From contig CALRHE010000001.1 in NCBI GenBank assembly GCA_943359345.1, forward strand, positions 1,995 through 65,994: a DNA stretch of 64,000 bases, given 5' to 3'. How positions within the stretch are numbered: position 1 is the first letter of the stretch; every line of letters begins with the position of its first letter. The notes below the pieces were generated by a model. It had not been told where the DNA came from and did not search any database. It saw nothing but the letters and a program-made list of their open reading frames with translations. Position numbers and translations under genes: made by a program. Of this stretch, positions 1 to 9,864 are shown piece after piece. This stretch comes from Candidatus Uhrbacteria bacterium (GTDB taxonomy: Bacteria > Patescibacteriota > Patescibacteriia > UBA9934).

Positions 1-315
1 GCCTACAATTATATAAGCCAACAAAGCCCCCCACAAAGACCCAAAGTAGGCCAAGGTTGCTATCCAGCGACCAAACGGACCCAACTGATTGCTAACCACG
101 GCTACAAAGCGAACGTGTTGTTGGCTAACTTCCAACAAATCGGCGTAAACAAAAAAAGTCAGCAAGCTCAAAGCTGCTATGACCACGAGCACTACCAATC
201 CGAAAACAAAGCCCGCCTGCGAAAAGACATATGGCAAGCCAAAAATACCTACCCCAACAACAGTTCCAATGAGTGGCCGCGCCCCTGGCCACAACACTTG
301 CTTACGTTCCTCCAT
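1..315 (-). CDS. Amino-acid permease (HAAAP/aromatic amino acid transporter family), partial; runs off the window start
   Basis: Manual translation from ATG at 315: MEERKQVLWPGARPLIGTVVGVGIFGLPYVFSQAG... The GTxxGxGIxxLP motif is followed by hydrophobic helices, with no stop to base 1. Not in the ORF track. Confidence 0.8.
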   Translation of the reverse strand, partial: MEERKQVLWPGARPLIGTVVGVGIFGLPYVFSQAGFVFGLVVLVVIAALSLLTFFVYADLLEVSQQHVRFVAVVSNQLGPFGRWIATLAYFGSLWGALLAYIIVG

Positions 316-335
316 AACGCTAACATTATAGCAAG

Positions 336-413
336 AGATATTAGAGTTCACGGGTTGGATCTAATGACTACTTTCTAATAGCTGCTAATATCTAATTTTG
401 TAATAACTAATCC
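336..413. repeat. ATTAG/CTAAT-rich palindromic dispersed repeat, truncated copy 1
   Basis: Shares GGATCTAAT...CTGCTAATATCTAATTTTGTAAT with copies at 21261-21380 and 61740-61861. Confidence 0.85.
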
Positions 414-490
414 TTTAAAGACCTCCCGATAGTAGTCCCCACCCTATCCCCTTCTCCCCCTTGTCGGCATGGGTTAAGCTACTCTCATCT

Positions 491-1984
491 ATGTCGTCTG
501 GTGCGAGAATCCCTCCACATAATCTTGAGGCTGAACAATCCCTGCTAGGGGCACTTCTGATTGATCAGGAAGCCATGCTCAAGGTGGGCGACACCGTTAG
601 GGCCGAAGACTTTTATAAAGATTCGCATCGTATTTTGTTTGAAACCATGATCGAAATTTTCAGCCGCCATCAACCGATCGATATTTTGACACTCGGCAAT
701 CGCCTAGAGGAGCGCAATGTCCTCAAACAGATCGGTGGTCGCACCGCTTTGGTCGAACTCACTAACGTCGTTACCACCTCTGCTCACGTGTCTCACTACG
801 CCGAAATTATTTCTAAAAAAGCCGCGCTGCGACGCCTACTACGCGCCGCCGGAGAAATCACTGAACTCGGTTTTGATGAAACTCAAGACGTTGACACGGT
901 CATCGACACCGCCGAACAAAAACTTTTCAACGTTTCCAATAATTTTATTAAACAGAGCTTTATTCCCTTGAGCTCAATCTTGACCGATGCCTTTGATAGG
1001 ATTGACGAATTACATAAAGACAAGGGCAGGTTGCGTGGAGTCCCGACTGGTTTTACGGGTGTCGACAACTTGTTGGCCGGCCTACAACGCTCTGACCTAG
1101 TGATTCTGGCTGCTCGTCCGTCAGTGGGTAAAACCTCATTTGCGCTCGACATCATGCGTAACGTGGCCTTGAAAACCAACAAACCCGTAGGCTTCTTTAG
1201 CTTGGAAATGTCCAAGGAACAGTTGGTGGATCGTATGATATGTGCGGAGGCTAATGTCGACCTCTGGAAACTTCGTACGGGTCGCTTATCAGAACATGAT
1301 GATGATTTTCCACGTATCGGCGACGCTCTTGGTCGCTTATCAGAAGCACCTATTTATATCGACGACTCCCCTGTGGCCACTATCATGACCATCCGTACCA
1401 AAGCTCGACGGCTACAAAGCGAACACGGCTTGTCCATGATCGTCATCGACTACTTACAGCTCATGGAGGCCAAAACCCAATCAGACAACCGCGTGCAAGA
1501 AGTGGCCGAGATCAGTCGCGGCCTCAAACAAATTGCGCGCGAACTCAACGTGCCAGTTTTGGCGCTAGCGCAGCTGTCACGTGCCGTCGAGCTCACTAAA
1601 CCGGCCATTCCACGCCTGGCTCACCTGCGTGACTCTGGATCTATTGAACAAGACGCTGACGTAGTCATGTTCTTATATCGCAAGGCCGCTGACCGCAACT
1701 ATCAGATCGATGAACTAACGCCGGACGAAAAAACCACGGCCGAACTGCACATTGGTAAACACCGCAATGGCCCGACTGGCATGGTCAAGCTATACTGGGA
1801 TGCAACTCGAGCGTCTTTCAAAAATCTGGACACGCGCTATCAATCCCCTGGTGCCGGAGGTGCCTCCATTCCTAGCACACCGTTTAATAGTCCGGGCCCA
1901 GTGACCTCAGGACCAAATCCAGATAACATCGGTCTACCACCTGGAGTGCCTCCCAAAGGCTTCCAACCTAGACCAGCGACCTAG
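491..1984 (+). CDS. dnaB: Replicative DNA helicase with Pro-rich C-terminal tail
   Basis: PPHNLEAEQSLLG N-terminus, AARPSVGKT Walker A, IDYLQL, LRDSGSIEQDAD, KHRNGPTG. ATG at 491 preferred over TTG at 461. Confidence 0.97.
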   Translation: MSSGARIPPHNLEAEQSLLGALLIDQEAMLKVGDTVRAEDFYKDSHRILFETMIEIFSRHQPIDILTLGNRLEERNVLKQIGGRTALVELTNVVTTSAHVSHYAEIISKKAALRRLLRAAGEITELGFDETQDVDTVIDTAEQKLFNVSNNFIKQSFIPLSSILTDAFDRIDELHKDKGRLRGVPTGFTGVDNLLAGLQRSDLVILAARPSVGKTSFALDIMRNVALKTNKPVGFFSLEMSKEQLVDRMICAEANVDLWKLRTGRLSEHDDDFPRIGDALGRLSEAPIYIDDSPVATIMTIRTKARRLQSEHGLSMIVIDYLQLMEAKTQSDNRVQEVAEISRGLKQIARELNVPVLALAQLSRAVELTKPAIPRLAHLRDSGSIEQDADVVMFLYRKAADRNYQIDELTPDEKTTAELHIGKHRNGPTGMVKLYWDATRASFKNLDTRYQSPGAGGASIPSTPFNSPGPVTSGPNPDNIGLPPGVPPKGFQPRPAT

Positions 1985-2019
1985 CACTTTCACCCCTTAA
2001 CCCCATCAACCCCCTAAAT

Positions 2020-2322
2020 ATGTTCAATAAGTTAAAGCAATTTAAAGACATGCGCGATCAAGGTAAGCAAATGAAGGCTATGCTCGACCAAATCATCGTG
2101 GTCGGTGGCGGCGCCAACAATGCTGTCATGATCACCATGAACGGCAGCCACGAGGTGCTCGGAGTTCAGGTCGAGGACGGCAAGGATAAAGCCACTCTTG
2201 AACGCGGCATTAAGGACGCCCTGGCAGAGGCCAACAAGAAACTCCAGCAAGAACTCGTCAAACACATGCAGGCCAACGGCGGCGGTATGGATGCAATCAA
2301 AAACATGTTGGGGGGAGAATAA
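2020..2322 (+). CDS. ybaB: YbaB/EbfC family nucleoid-associated protein
   Basis: 100 aa with typical composition, directly upstream of recR. Confidence 0.85.
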   Translation: MFNKLKQFKDMRDQGKQMKAMLDQIIVVGGGANNAVMITMNGSHEVLGVQVEDGKDKATLERGIKDALAEANKKLQQELVKHMQANGGGMDAIKNMLGGE

Positions 2323-2324
2323 GC

Positions 2325-2924
2325 ATGCGAAAATTCCCTGCCCCCATTCACAATGCCATCGCAGCGCTTGGAAAACTTCCTGGCGTTGGACCCAAGACTG
2401 CGCTGCGGTATGCCTTTGCTTTGTTGCGGCTGCAACGCGGTGAACTAGAGCTCGTAGCCAAGAGCATCGAAGGACTCAAGTTTGTCACCACCTGCACACG
2501 CTGCTTCACCTATGCAGAAACTTCAATTTGCGATCTTTGCACTGATCAGAAACGCAACCAGAAGCTCTTGTGCGTCGTGGCTGAAGCCCGTGACATCGCA
2601 ACTCTTGAAGCTACGGGTATTTATTCTGGAGTCTATTTAGTCCTGGGTGGCGTCTTGAATCCGGTTGACGGCTACACTCCAGACCGCCTGAACGTCAAAC
2701 AACTCCAAGCTCGACTGGAGCAAGATCAAGATATTTTAGAAATTATTTTAGCCTTCTCACCTGACGTTCACGGCGAAACCACCATTTTGTATTTAAGCCG
2801 AATGCTCAAGTCTTTGGGCAAAAAAACTACCCGTTTAGCTCGCGGACTGCCGATGGGGGCTGACATTGAATACGCCGATGAAGTAACCCTAGCCAGTGCA
2901 CTGGCGGGACGCTCGGAAACTTAA
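2325..2924 (+). CDS. recR: Recombination protein RecR
   Basis: LPGVGPKTA HhH motif, CxxC-x8-CxxC zinc finger, Toprim domain, RLARGLPMG..EYADEVTL. Confidence 0.97.
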   Translation: MRKFPAPIHNAIAALGKLPGVGPKTALRYAFALLRLQRGELELVAKSIEGLKFVTTCTRCFTYAETSICDLCTDQKRNQKLLCVVAEARDIATLEATGIYSGVYLVLGGVLNPVDGYTPDRLNVKQLQARLEQDQDILEIILAFSPDVHGETTILYLSRMLKSLGKKTTRLARGLPMGADIEYADEVTLASALAGRSET

Positions 2925-2972
2925 AAACACTTCACCCCCAGCAGCCAAGCTGCCAGGGGTGGAATGCGTTTT
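2924..2972. terminator. Bidirectional terminator between convergent recR and rplU
   Basis: Hairpin CACCCC..GCAGC-CAA-GCTGC..GGGGTG flanked by A and T runs. Confidence 0.6.
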
Positions 2973-3282
2973 AACCAATTTTCTCGATTTCGAGCAAAGT
3001 AAAGGGTTGGCGATGACCAACGTTGCGGCGATAGCGGACCTTGGGCTTAAACTTGATGATCGAGATTTTGTCAGCCCGGCCGTGCTCAAGCACCTTGGCC
3101 GTAACTTTGATGCCGGCCACAAACGGAGTGCCGACCTGGACCTTGGAGCCGTCGGATTCGGCTACGAGCATGGCGTCGAGTAACAACGTCTGACCAGGTT
3201 CGAGATCAAGTTTTTCAACCTGGATCTTCTCGCCTTGCTGGACGAAGTACTGCTTACCGCCAGTAGAAATAACTGCGTACAT
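2971..3282 (-). CDS. rplU: 50S ribosomal protein L21
   Basis: MYAVISTGGKQY...GHRQPFT signature. Confidence 0.97.
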   Translation of the reverse strand: MYAVISTGGKQYFVQQGEKIQVEKLDLEPGQTLLLDAMLVAESDGSKVQVGTPFVAGIKVTAKVLEHGRADKISIIKFKPKVRYRRNVGHRQPFTLLEIEKIG

Positions 3283-3363
3283 AAGCGTATGGCTGCTCAG
3301 GCGTCGACCCGGGGGTCGTACTTAGGGGCCTTTAACAAGCCTATCATGAATAATTCTGGCCGC

Positions 3364-3392
3364 AGCTTAACAGAAGCTGGGACTTACGTCAA
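3364..3392 (-). promoter_or_regulatory. Sigma70 promoter of rplU
   Basis: TTGACG-17 nt-TAAGCT with extended -10 TG, on the minus strand. Confidence 0.6.
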
Positions 3393-3403
3393 ACCTCTGG
3401 GAC

Positions 3404-3874
3404 CTATGGCAAATCAACTTTCAAACTTAATCCTCCCACCAGGCCAAAGACGTCTATATAGCCGGCCGGCAGCTCAAGCACCATATCTACAAGGACTGGC
3501 GCCGAGCTAAACTTGGCGGGCGCCTCACCTGCCGCCGGAGCCGGGACAGCGTGCTCAAGACCCACGATTTTACCCTCACGAATCCAGACCACATCCAAAT
3601 CAAGTTGCATACCCTTCATCCAAAAATCCTGAACCCGAGCCTGGTCGAAAACAAACAGCATACCCTGAGCTTTAACCTCCTTGGCCTCAAGACCAGATAA
3701 ACCTTGACGGCGTTCCCAAACATTGTCAGCGATACGCACCGCCAGAACCTGGTCATCGATAGTAACGGTGGCTCGTTCAGCAGCTTCTTGGCCACGCCAA
3801 ATGGTGATCACGATCAAGATAATAACCAGGCTAATAGCACCAAAAATAAGCAGCTTACTCAGATTTTTGTTCAT
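3404..3874 (-). CDS. DUF192 family protein with N-terminal TM anchor
   Basis: ERRQGLSG...GMLFVF...FWMKGM..LDVVWI...VLELPAG pattern. Confidence 0.85.
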   Translation of the reverse strand: MNKNLSKLLIFGAISLVIILIVITIWRGQEAAERATVTIDDQVLAVRIADNVWERRQGLSGLEAKEVKAQGMLFVFDQARVQDFWMKGMQLDLDVVWIREGKIVGLEHAVPAPAAGEAPAKFSSAPVLVDMVLELPAGYIDVFGLVGGLSLKVDLP

Positions 3875-4907
3875 ATGAAGGACGATGATATTTCTTATAT
3901 AACCAACTCACAGCCATACCGGATGTCACTACCAGAATACCAAGAGCAATTAACTTTTGCCAAGACTCAAAGATCAGTGTCGTAGCACCGAATAAGGTCG
4001 CGATCGATAAATACAGGCTCAGAATCCAGCGTTGTGATAAACCAGCCGCCAACAACAAATGATGCAAGTGAGTGCGGTCGCCACTCGTCATAGATCGGCC
4101 CTCCCACCAACGTCGCACTATCACAAACACCACATCAAGCATAGGTACACCTACCACAAGCAAGATGGTGGCCAGCTTGCTACCGGCAATCACGGCCAAG
4201 ATTCCAAGCGTAAACCCCAGAAAAGTACTCCCACCTTCACCCAGGAAAATCATGGCTGGATAACCATTCCAAAGTATGAAGCCAACTAAAGCAGCCGCGA
4301 ACATCAAAGCCAATACGGCCACGTCAGGCTGGAAAAAATCTTCAGATAGGGCCAGGAGTGCGATCATGACCGCGCCAATCATGGTCACGCCAGTGGCCAG
4401 ACCGTCTAGGCCATCAAGGAGTTTGGTGGTGTAGGTCATGCCGAGCAGCCACCCAAAAGTTAGCAGCACCGATAACCCCGAGGTCAGCACAAAGACCGAA
4501 CCAAATGGATTAGTAACCTTCTCGACCCCAATCCCAAAGCCTACAGCCGCCACAGCCGCCAAGAGCGGGAATAAAATCGTGTACCTAGGTGGAAGATCGA
4601 ACTTATCATCAAGCACGCCGCCTAGCAGGAGAACGATAGCTCCTACAAAAAAACCAAAAAAATGTTGCGGGTCGATTTCTCCGGCAGTTAGGTGATCGTT
4701 AGTGAACAAAACTATCAAGGTAGGCAGGGCAAAGGCTACAAAAATGCTCAACCCGCCAAAAAAAGGCACACTCCTAGCATGCAGCTTACGTCCAGCTCTT
4801 GGAACATCGACTATACCCCAACGCTTGGCTAATCCAGCCCACACAGGCGTCAGGCTAGCACATAGTACAAAGGCACCTCCCACTACAAATGGCCACCAAC
4901 TTGGCAT
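3855..4907 (-). CDS. WecA/TagO-type undecaprenyl-phosphate sugar-1-phosphate transferase
   Basis: RKLHARSVPFFGG, GVLDD, LDGLDGLA, IFLGEGG, DRTHLHH motifs; multi-TM. Start could be 4943. Confidence 0.9.
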   Translation of the reverse strand: MPSWWPFVVGGAFVLCASLTPVWAGLAKRWGIVDVPRAGRKLHARSVPFFGGLSIFVAFALPTLIVLFTNDHLTAGEIDPQHFFGFFVGAIVLLLGGVLDDKFDLPPRYTILFPLLAAVAAVGFGIGVEKVTNPFGSVFVLTSGLSVLLTFGWLLGMTYTTKLLDGLDGLATGVTMIGAVMIALLALSEDFFQPDVAVLALMFAAALVGFILWNGYPAMIFLGEGGSTFLGFTLGILAVIAGSKLATILLVVGVPMLDVVFVIVRRWWEGRSMTSGDRTHLHHLLLAAGLSQRWILSLYLSIATLFGATTLIFESWQKLIALGILVVTSGMAVSWLYKKYHRPSYEQKSE

Positions 4908-4948
4908 AGTGCTAGCAGGGTAACTGAAAAACCTTAAAAACAAAAGCT

Positions 4949-7615
4949 TTATAGCTCTGGAGCTTTTTGCAAAATAATCTTACCTCCTTGGTCGAAAATC
5001 AGCGTATCGCGGCGACTAACTTGTCCTTTTAGTAGATAATCAGCGATCGGGTTTTCAACTTTTTCCTGGATCACCCGGCGCAGTGGTCTGGCACCAAACT
5101 TAGGGTCGTAACCCTGTTCGGCGAGCTCGTGAATAGCCGCGTCAGTGACGCTGAACTCGATACCTTTAGCTTTGAGGCGTTCGACTACCTTTACAATCAT
5201 CAGATACGCAATTGCCACCACGTCTTCAAGCGTGAGCGGGGCGAAGACGATGACATCATCAAAACGATTTAGGAACTCTGGGCGATAAGTCGTGCGCAGC
5301 TCCGTGTCGAGTAAAGCTTGCTTAATGGACTCAAGCGCTGTTCCAGCCGCCACCTGATCTTGAATAAACTGAGTGCCGGCGTTTGAAGTGGCGATTAAAA
5401 TAAGATTGGTAAAATCAACTGTGCGACCAATGCCATCAGTCAGGCGTCCGTCATCCATGACCTGGAGGAAGAGGTTCAAAATATCGGGATGAGCTTTCTC
5501 CAGCTCATCAAGCAATAACAAACAAAAGGGATTCTTACGCACTGCCTCGGTCATCAGCCCGGCCTGACCGTTGCTACCAATGAGTCGCGTGATCGAGTTT
5601 TGATCCTGGTACTCTGACATGTCAAAGCGAATCATGGCCTGCTCATTCCCAAAGTAAACCTCGGCCGTAGCTTTAGCGAGTTCGGTTTTACCCACACCAG
5701 TGGGGCCCAAGAACAAAAAGTTAGCGATTGGACGCTTGCCGCTCCGCAGCTCAGTTCGTGCTCGTCTGAGGGCTGCAGCCACAGCCTTCACGGCTGGCTC
5801 CTGGCCAATCACCCGCTCATGAACGCGTTCCTCAAGATGCAACAGCTTCTCACCTTCGCCTTGCGAGACCTCGGTAACGGGAATACGTGTACGCTCAGAC
5901 AACAGCGTAGCCACGTCTTCTTTCCTGACCCAGGCTGGTTTTTCCCCACGTTTGCTAACCACCAAGGCCACTTCTTTTATGAGCTCTAAAGCTTTTTCGG
6001 GCAAGGCAATGTCATGCATGTAACGCGTCGACAGGTCTACAGCGGCTGCTAGCGCCGCGTAAGTGAAAATTACCTGATGCTTATTTTCAAGCACTCCGGC
6101 TTTGGCCTCCAAAATCCTAATGGCATCATTACGATTTGGTTCATCGATGGTGATTTTCTGAAGCTTAGGGGAAATCACGCTGCGCTCAATGACTTCGGCA
6201 TACGCTTGCGGTGTGGTCGTGGCGATCACAAAGGTATACCCACGGTTAAGCTCGCCAGCCAAAATTGAGGCCAAGTCAAGGCCCGTTCCCTGACCCACCA
6301 ATTCATGAATGTTTTCAATGACGAGGATAATGTTACCGGCATGAGCAACTTGATTGAGTGCAAACAAGCAGCGTTCTTCAGCACCCGTGCCACCCTCAGC
6401 GCTCACAATATGTGGGACAGAAAGCTTGAGCAGACGTTTATCCTGAAGCACCTCAGGCACCCGTTCCTCAACCATAAGATCAGCCAAGCCATCAATCAGC
6501 GCCTCTTTGCCAACGCCCGGCTGACCTACTAAGATCACGCTTTGATCACCGCCCTCGATGGCTCTAAGTATATTAGCCATTTCCGTGTCACGGCCAACCA
6601 AAAGGCCGGTCTGGCCCATAACCGCAGCCCGCGTCAGGTCGTAAGACACCGAATCTAAGAACGGAGTTGCCACCGCGGTCATAGAGCGATTCATGTTGCT
6701 CGTGGGCTTGTAAGCGGCGGCTTTACGGAAGGCTTGGTAACGCTGACGCAAATCATCGCTAATCCGTAACCAAGCCACAACGTTGTCTAGCTCTTCTGGT
6801 GTAATCGCCTTCGATGCAAACAACTCCGTCAAGAAAGGTTCAGCTTCAAAAGCGGCTACAAAAATATCCAGTGCAGATAAGCTGGCGCGATGATTAATCA
6901 TAGCGCCGTATAGCGCCTTTGCCAGCAGGCCGTGAGCTTGACTGCCAAAGACCGTAGTCCCCTGTTTAACAGTGGAAAAACGACGACGGAGTGGGTCGCG
7001 AATATCATCAAACGCCAAACCTAAGCGAGCAAATAAAATTTGCACCGGAGTGGTAGCTAAGCTGGCTGTAAATAAATGTAGAGCATTCACGTCAGCGTGA
7101 CTTGAACGCAAGGCTAAACGATAAGCTTCTTCAATCGCTTGCAGCGCCTCTGCATCAGCCGCGTCGGCAATGTCATGCCTACGCTCAACCGCCGCCGGTG
7201 AAGGTATAGATGACAGCTCTGGCGCGATTGTGGTTCCAAGCTGCTGCAGGGATAAGTACTTACGGTGATCGCTCGCCAACCGATACGGTACAAACAACCA
7301 TGACAGGATGGCTAAATAAATAGCCGCCGCTGTCCAGCTTGGGGTTGTCCAGAAATCTAAAGTCAGCACGTCAGCCGCGTGTACAAGTGCCGTACCTAGA
7401 GCAAAGACTCCAAACAATCCCAAACCAAGTGCTCCAGCAGCGTAGCGTTCAAACTTTCTTGCAGATCGCAGTGAGCTCGCAAAGTCTAAGCTGGCTTCAT
7501 CAATCGGCCGTTGCCAATACCAAAAAGCTCCGTCTACCAAAACGCCGGGGATGCTACCCTCATCGCTGTCATGCGATGACTGCTGCATAATCAAATCGGA
7601 AACGTCAGGAGACAT
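4949..7615 (-). CDS. ClpA/ClpC-like AAA+ ATPase with N-terminal transmembrane segments
   Basis: Two hydrophobic helices, Clp N-domain, AAA1 (GQPGVGKE), AAA2 (GPTGVGKT, RFDMSEY, LLDELEKAHP, RPEFLNRFD, GARPLRR). Confidence 0.9.
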   Translation of the reverse strand: MSPDVSDLIMQQSSHDSDEGSIPGVLVDGAFWYWQRPIDEASLDFASSLRSARKFERYAAGALGLGLFGVFALGTALVHAADVLTLDFWTTPSWTAAAIYLAILSWLFVPYRLASDHRKYLSLQQLGTTIAPELSSIPSPAAVERRHDIADAADAEALQAIEEAYRLALRSSHADVNALHLFTASLATTPVQILFARLGLAFDDIRDPLRRRFSTVKQGTTVFGSQAHGLLAKALYGAMINHRASLSALDIFVAAFEAEPFLTELFASKAITPEELDNVVAWLRISDDLRQRYQAFRKAAAYKPTSNMNRSMTAVATPFLDSVSYDLTRAAVMGQTGLLVGRDTEMANILRAIEGGDQSVILVGQPGVGKEALIDGLADLMVEERVPEVLQDKRLLKLSVPHIVSAEGGTGAEERCLFALNQVAHAGNIILVIENIHELVGQGTGLDLASILAGELNRGYTFVIATTTPQAYAEVIERSVISPKLQKITIDEPNRNDAIRILEAKAGVLENKHQVIFTYAALAAAVDLSTRYMHDIALPEKALELIKEVALVVSKRGEKPAWVRKEDVATLLSERTRIPVTEVSQGEGEKLLHLEERVHERVIGQEPAVKAVAAALRRARTELRSGKRPIANFLFLGPTGVGKTELAKATAEVYFGNEQAMIRFDMSEYQDQNSITRLIGSNGQAGLMTEAVRKNPFCLLLLDELEKAHPDILNLFLQVMDDGRLTDGIGRTVDFTNLILIATSNAGTQFIQDQVAAGTALESIKQALLDTELRTTYRPEFLNRFDDVIVFAPLTLEDVVAIAYLMIVKVVERLKAKGIEFSVTDAAIHELAEQGYDPKFGARPLRRVIQEKVENPIADYLLKGQVSRRDTLIFDQGGKIILQKAPEL

Positions 7616-7967
7616 ACATAAAACTACCAATCACGTGATAAGCCGCTTGCAAGCACAGGAAAATTGGCAGGGTGATGTATAAACCCAACGCACCAATCAC
7701 CATAATCGCAATAATCATTAAACCAAAGCTACGACCCACAATTTGTACCAAGCGCATGAAAATACTGATCAAACGGCTCTGCCAGTCATGCTGACCAAAC
7801 ATGGGCACGAACATATTCTGGATCCAAACTCCAATAGCCATGTACTTGGCATAGCCTTTCAGAGTATCTGCGGCTCGCCGCAACATCAAAATCAACCCGC
7901 GGGAGTACCACCACACGGGAAACATGACTATATCCAGCAAAACGTCCTTAATCACCGCTGGCTGCAT
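7605..7967 (-). CDS. Small membrane protein overlapping the Clp ATPase start
   Basis: ATG at 7967 after a TATACT -10 box. FPVWWYSRG motif and two hydrophobic helices. Its stop overlaps the Clp start. Confidence 0.7.
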   Translation of the reverse strand: MQPAVIKDVLLDIVMFPVWWYSRGLILMLRRAADTLKGYAKYMAIGVWIQNMFVPMFGQHDWQSRLISIFMRLVQIVGRSFGLMIIAIMVIGALGLYITLPIFLCLQAAYHVIGSFMYVS

Positions 7968-8002
7968 ATGGAGGTAGTATACCTCGAGATCTTCCACACG
8001 AT

Positions 8003-8028
8003 AGACCCTTCGTCGACACTCAGGGTCT
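8003..8028. repeat. REP-like palindrome (GACCCTTCG..CTCAGGGTC family)
   Basis: AGACCCTTCGTCGACACTCAGGGTCT. Related copies at 9865, 9930, 14696 and 54814. Confidence 0.75.
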
Positions 8029-8054
8029 TGGAGACAACTGCCGGCCATCTACCA

Positions 8055-9200
8055 TCAACTATCTACAATGAGCTTCCGTAATTCCTCCATCATGCGCATA
8101 TAAAACCGCAAATTCTGCAGGGTGGCCAAACGTAGGCCAAGTATCTCACCGGCTTTAAACAAGTGGCGCAAATACGCCCGAGTGTACGTTTGCGAGCTTA
8201 CAACATCGTTATGAGCATCGATCACACCTAGATCAGAGGTAAACTCCTCGTTAGTAATTTGAATCTTTGTATACAGCGCCTCGGCAATCCTAAAATCCGC
8301 CGCGCCTTCTTGGGCTCGACTGAAAGCTTCTTTAACACAGATCGCAGGCTCCCCGGCCCACACAAACAGCTGACCATGACGGGCGTTACGTGTGGGCAGC
8401 ACACAATCAAACATGTCTATACCCACCGACACGTAATACACGATCTCTTCTGGCATTCCCCCGCCCATAAAATAACGCGGCTTATCAGCTGGCATCAGGC
8501 TCGCAACATGCTTGGCAATTCTAAACGTGTCAGCCCGCGACTCGCCAACTGACAAACCACCAATGGCGTAGCCGTCAAAACCGATGTTCACGAGCCCCTC
8601 AAGCGAGCGGTCCCGTAAGTCTTCGTGCGTCCCGCCCTGGATGATGCCAAAAATGCTCGATTGTGCATTTTTATCACGTTGGGCGGCCTTCGAACGCTCG
8701 GCCCAACGTAGCGAGCGCAACATCGCCTCCTCATAACGCTCACGCGTCGACACACCGGCCGCTACGTCATCAAATTGCATCATGATGTCAGCACCAATCG
8801 CAGCCTGAACGTCCATCGAGATTTCTGGCGTAATCTGCAAACTTCTGCCATCAATGTGCGAATTAAAAGTTACTCCCTGCTCTTCAATTTTATTCAATCG
8901 CGCCAAACTAAACACCTGATAACCACCGCTATCAGTTAACATTGGCCCCTGCCAATTCATGAGCCGTTTGATCCCACCTACCTGACGCAGCAGTTCCGGG
9001 CCCGGACGCAAAAGCAGGTGATAGGTGTTGCTCAGAATAATCTGAGCTCCAATACTCTTCACCTCTTCTGCCAGCAAGGTTTTCACCGATCCAACCGTGG
9101 CAATGGGCATGAAAACCGGTGTCTTAACGGCACCGCTTGGGGTCGACAGAAGTGCTTGTCGAGCTGTACCAGTCTTATTTAAGACTTCGAAATTCGACAT
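8055..9200 (-). CDS. tgt: tRNA-guanine transglycosylase
   Basis: TPVFMP, ILSNTYHL, TDSGGYQVFSL, GIIQGG, AIGGLSVGE, DMFDCVLPTRNARHG. Confidence 0.96.
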   Translation of the reverse strand: MSNFEVLNKTGTARQALLSTPSGAVKTPVFMPIATVGSVKTLLAEEVKSIGAQIILSNTYHLLLRPGPELLRQVGGIKRLMNWQGPMLTDSGGYQVFSLARLNKIEEQGVTFNSHIDGRSLQITPEISMDVQAAIGADIMMQFDDVAAGVSTRERYEEAMLRSLRWAERSKAAQRDKNAQSSIFGIIQGGTHEDLRDRSLEGLVNIGFDGYAIGGLSVGESRADTFRIAKHVASLMPADKPRYFMGGGMPEEIVYYVSVGIDMFDCVLPTRNARHGQLFVWAGEPAICVKEAFSRAQEGAADFRIAEALYTKIQITNEEFTSDLGVIDAHNDVVSSQTYTRAYLRHLFKAGEILGLRLATLQNLRFYMRMMEELRKLIVDS

Positions 9201-9856
9201 AGCTCATACAGCACAATGCTCGTGGCCATAGCCACATTCAGAGACTCCAGAGTTGGGTTATGAGGAATCATGACCGAGGTCCCGTTGACCTGTAACTTAA
9301 TGCCCTTGCCCTCATTGCCCGCGATCAGAATCCTATGTTTGGGAGAAATTTCCTCTGGTGTCACCGCGCCCTGCTTAAGTTCAAGTCTGAAGACTGGTCG
9401 ATCAAAGGAGGCTAGGAGTGCGGGAGCTTCATCACGCGAAACGGTTTTCCAGGGTACTCGCAAAATCGCGCTGGCACTGGAACGCACAGTTTTTGGATTG
9501 GTGACCTCAGCAGATTCGACCAGCAACAACGAGGCCTCAAAGCCCAGACAGGCGCGCAAGACCGTGCCGACGTTACCGGGATCCTGAACACCATCGAGTA
9601 CGACGATAGTAGGCCGCGAAGCGAGGTCTTCCATGGTCCATTCAGGCACACGAGCCACAGCGGCAGTACCTTGGGGGGCCTCAGTCGAGATCACTTCCCT
9701 ATAAATGGTGGTGTCACGATCAGTAAACGTAAACTCGACTAAAGACCCTGCATCGCGTACAAACTTTTCGCCTTCAATGATAAACATGCCACGCTCTTCG
9801 CGCTCTTTACGTTTCTGGAGGGCTAGGAGCAATCGTTGTTGAGATTTTGATAACAT
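9179..9856 (-). CDS. TrmH/SpoU family RNA methyltransferase
   Basis: VQDPGNVGTVLR, GNEGKG and ESLNVA SPOUT motifs. Start placed at ATG 9856 (MLSKSQ). Confidence 0.9.
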   Translation of the reverse strand: MLSKSQQRLLLALQKRKEREERGMFIIEGEKFVRDAGSLVEFTFTDRDTTIYREVISTEAPQGTAAVARVPEWTMEDLASRPTIVVLDGVQDPGNVGTVLRACLGFEASLLLVESAEVTNPKTVRSSASAILRVPWKTVSRDEAPALLASFDRPVFRLELKQGAVTPEEISPKHRILIAGNEGKGIKLQVNGTSVMIPHNPTLESLNVAMATSIVLYELCRISKS

Positions 9857-9864
9857 AGTCGGTG

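Noticed and set aside
115-378. 87-aa + strand ORF
   Set aside because: Antisense to the permease gene and runs into a repeat.
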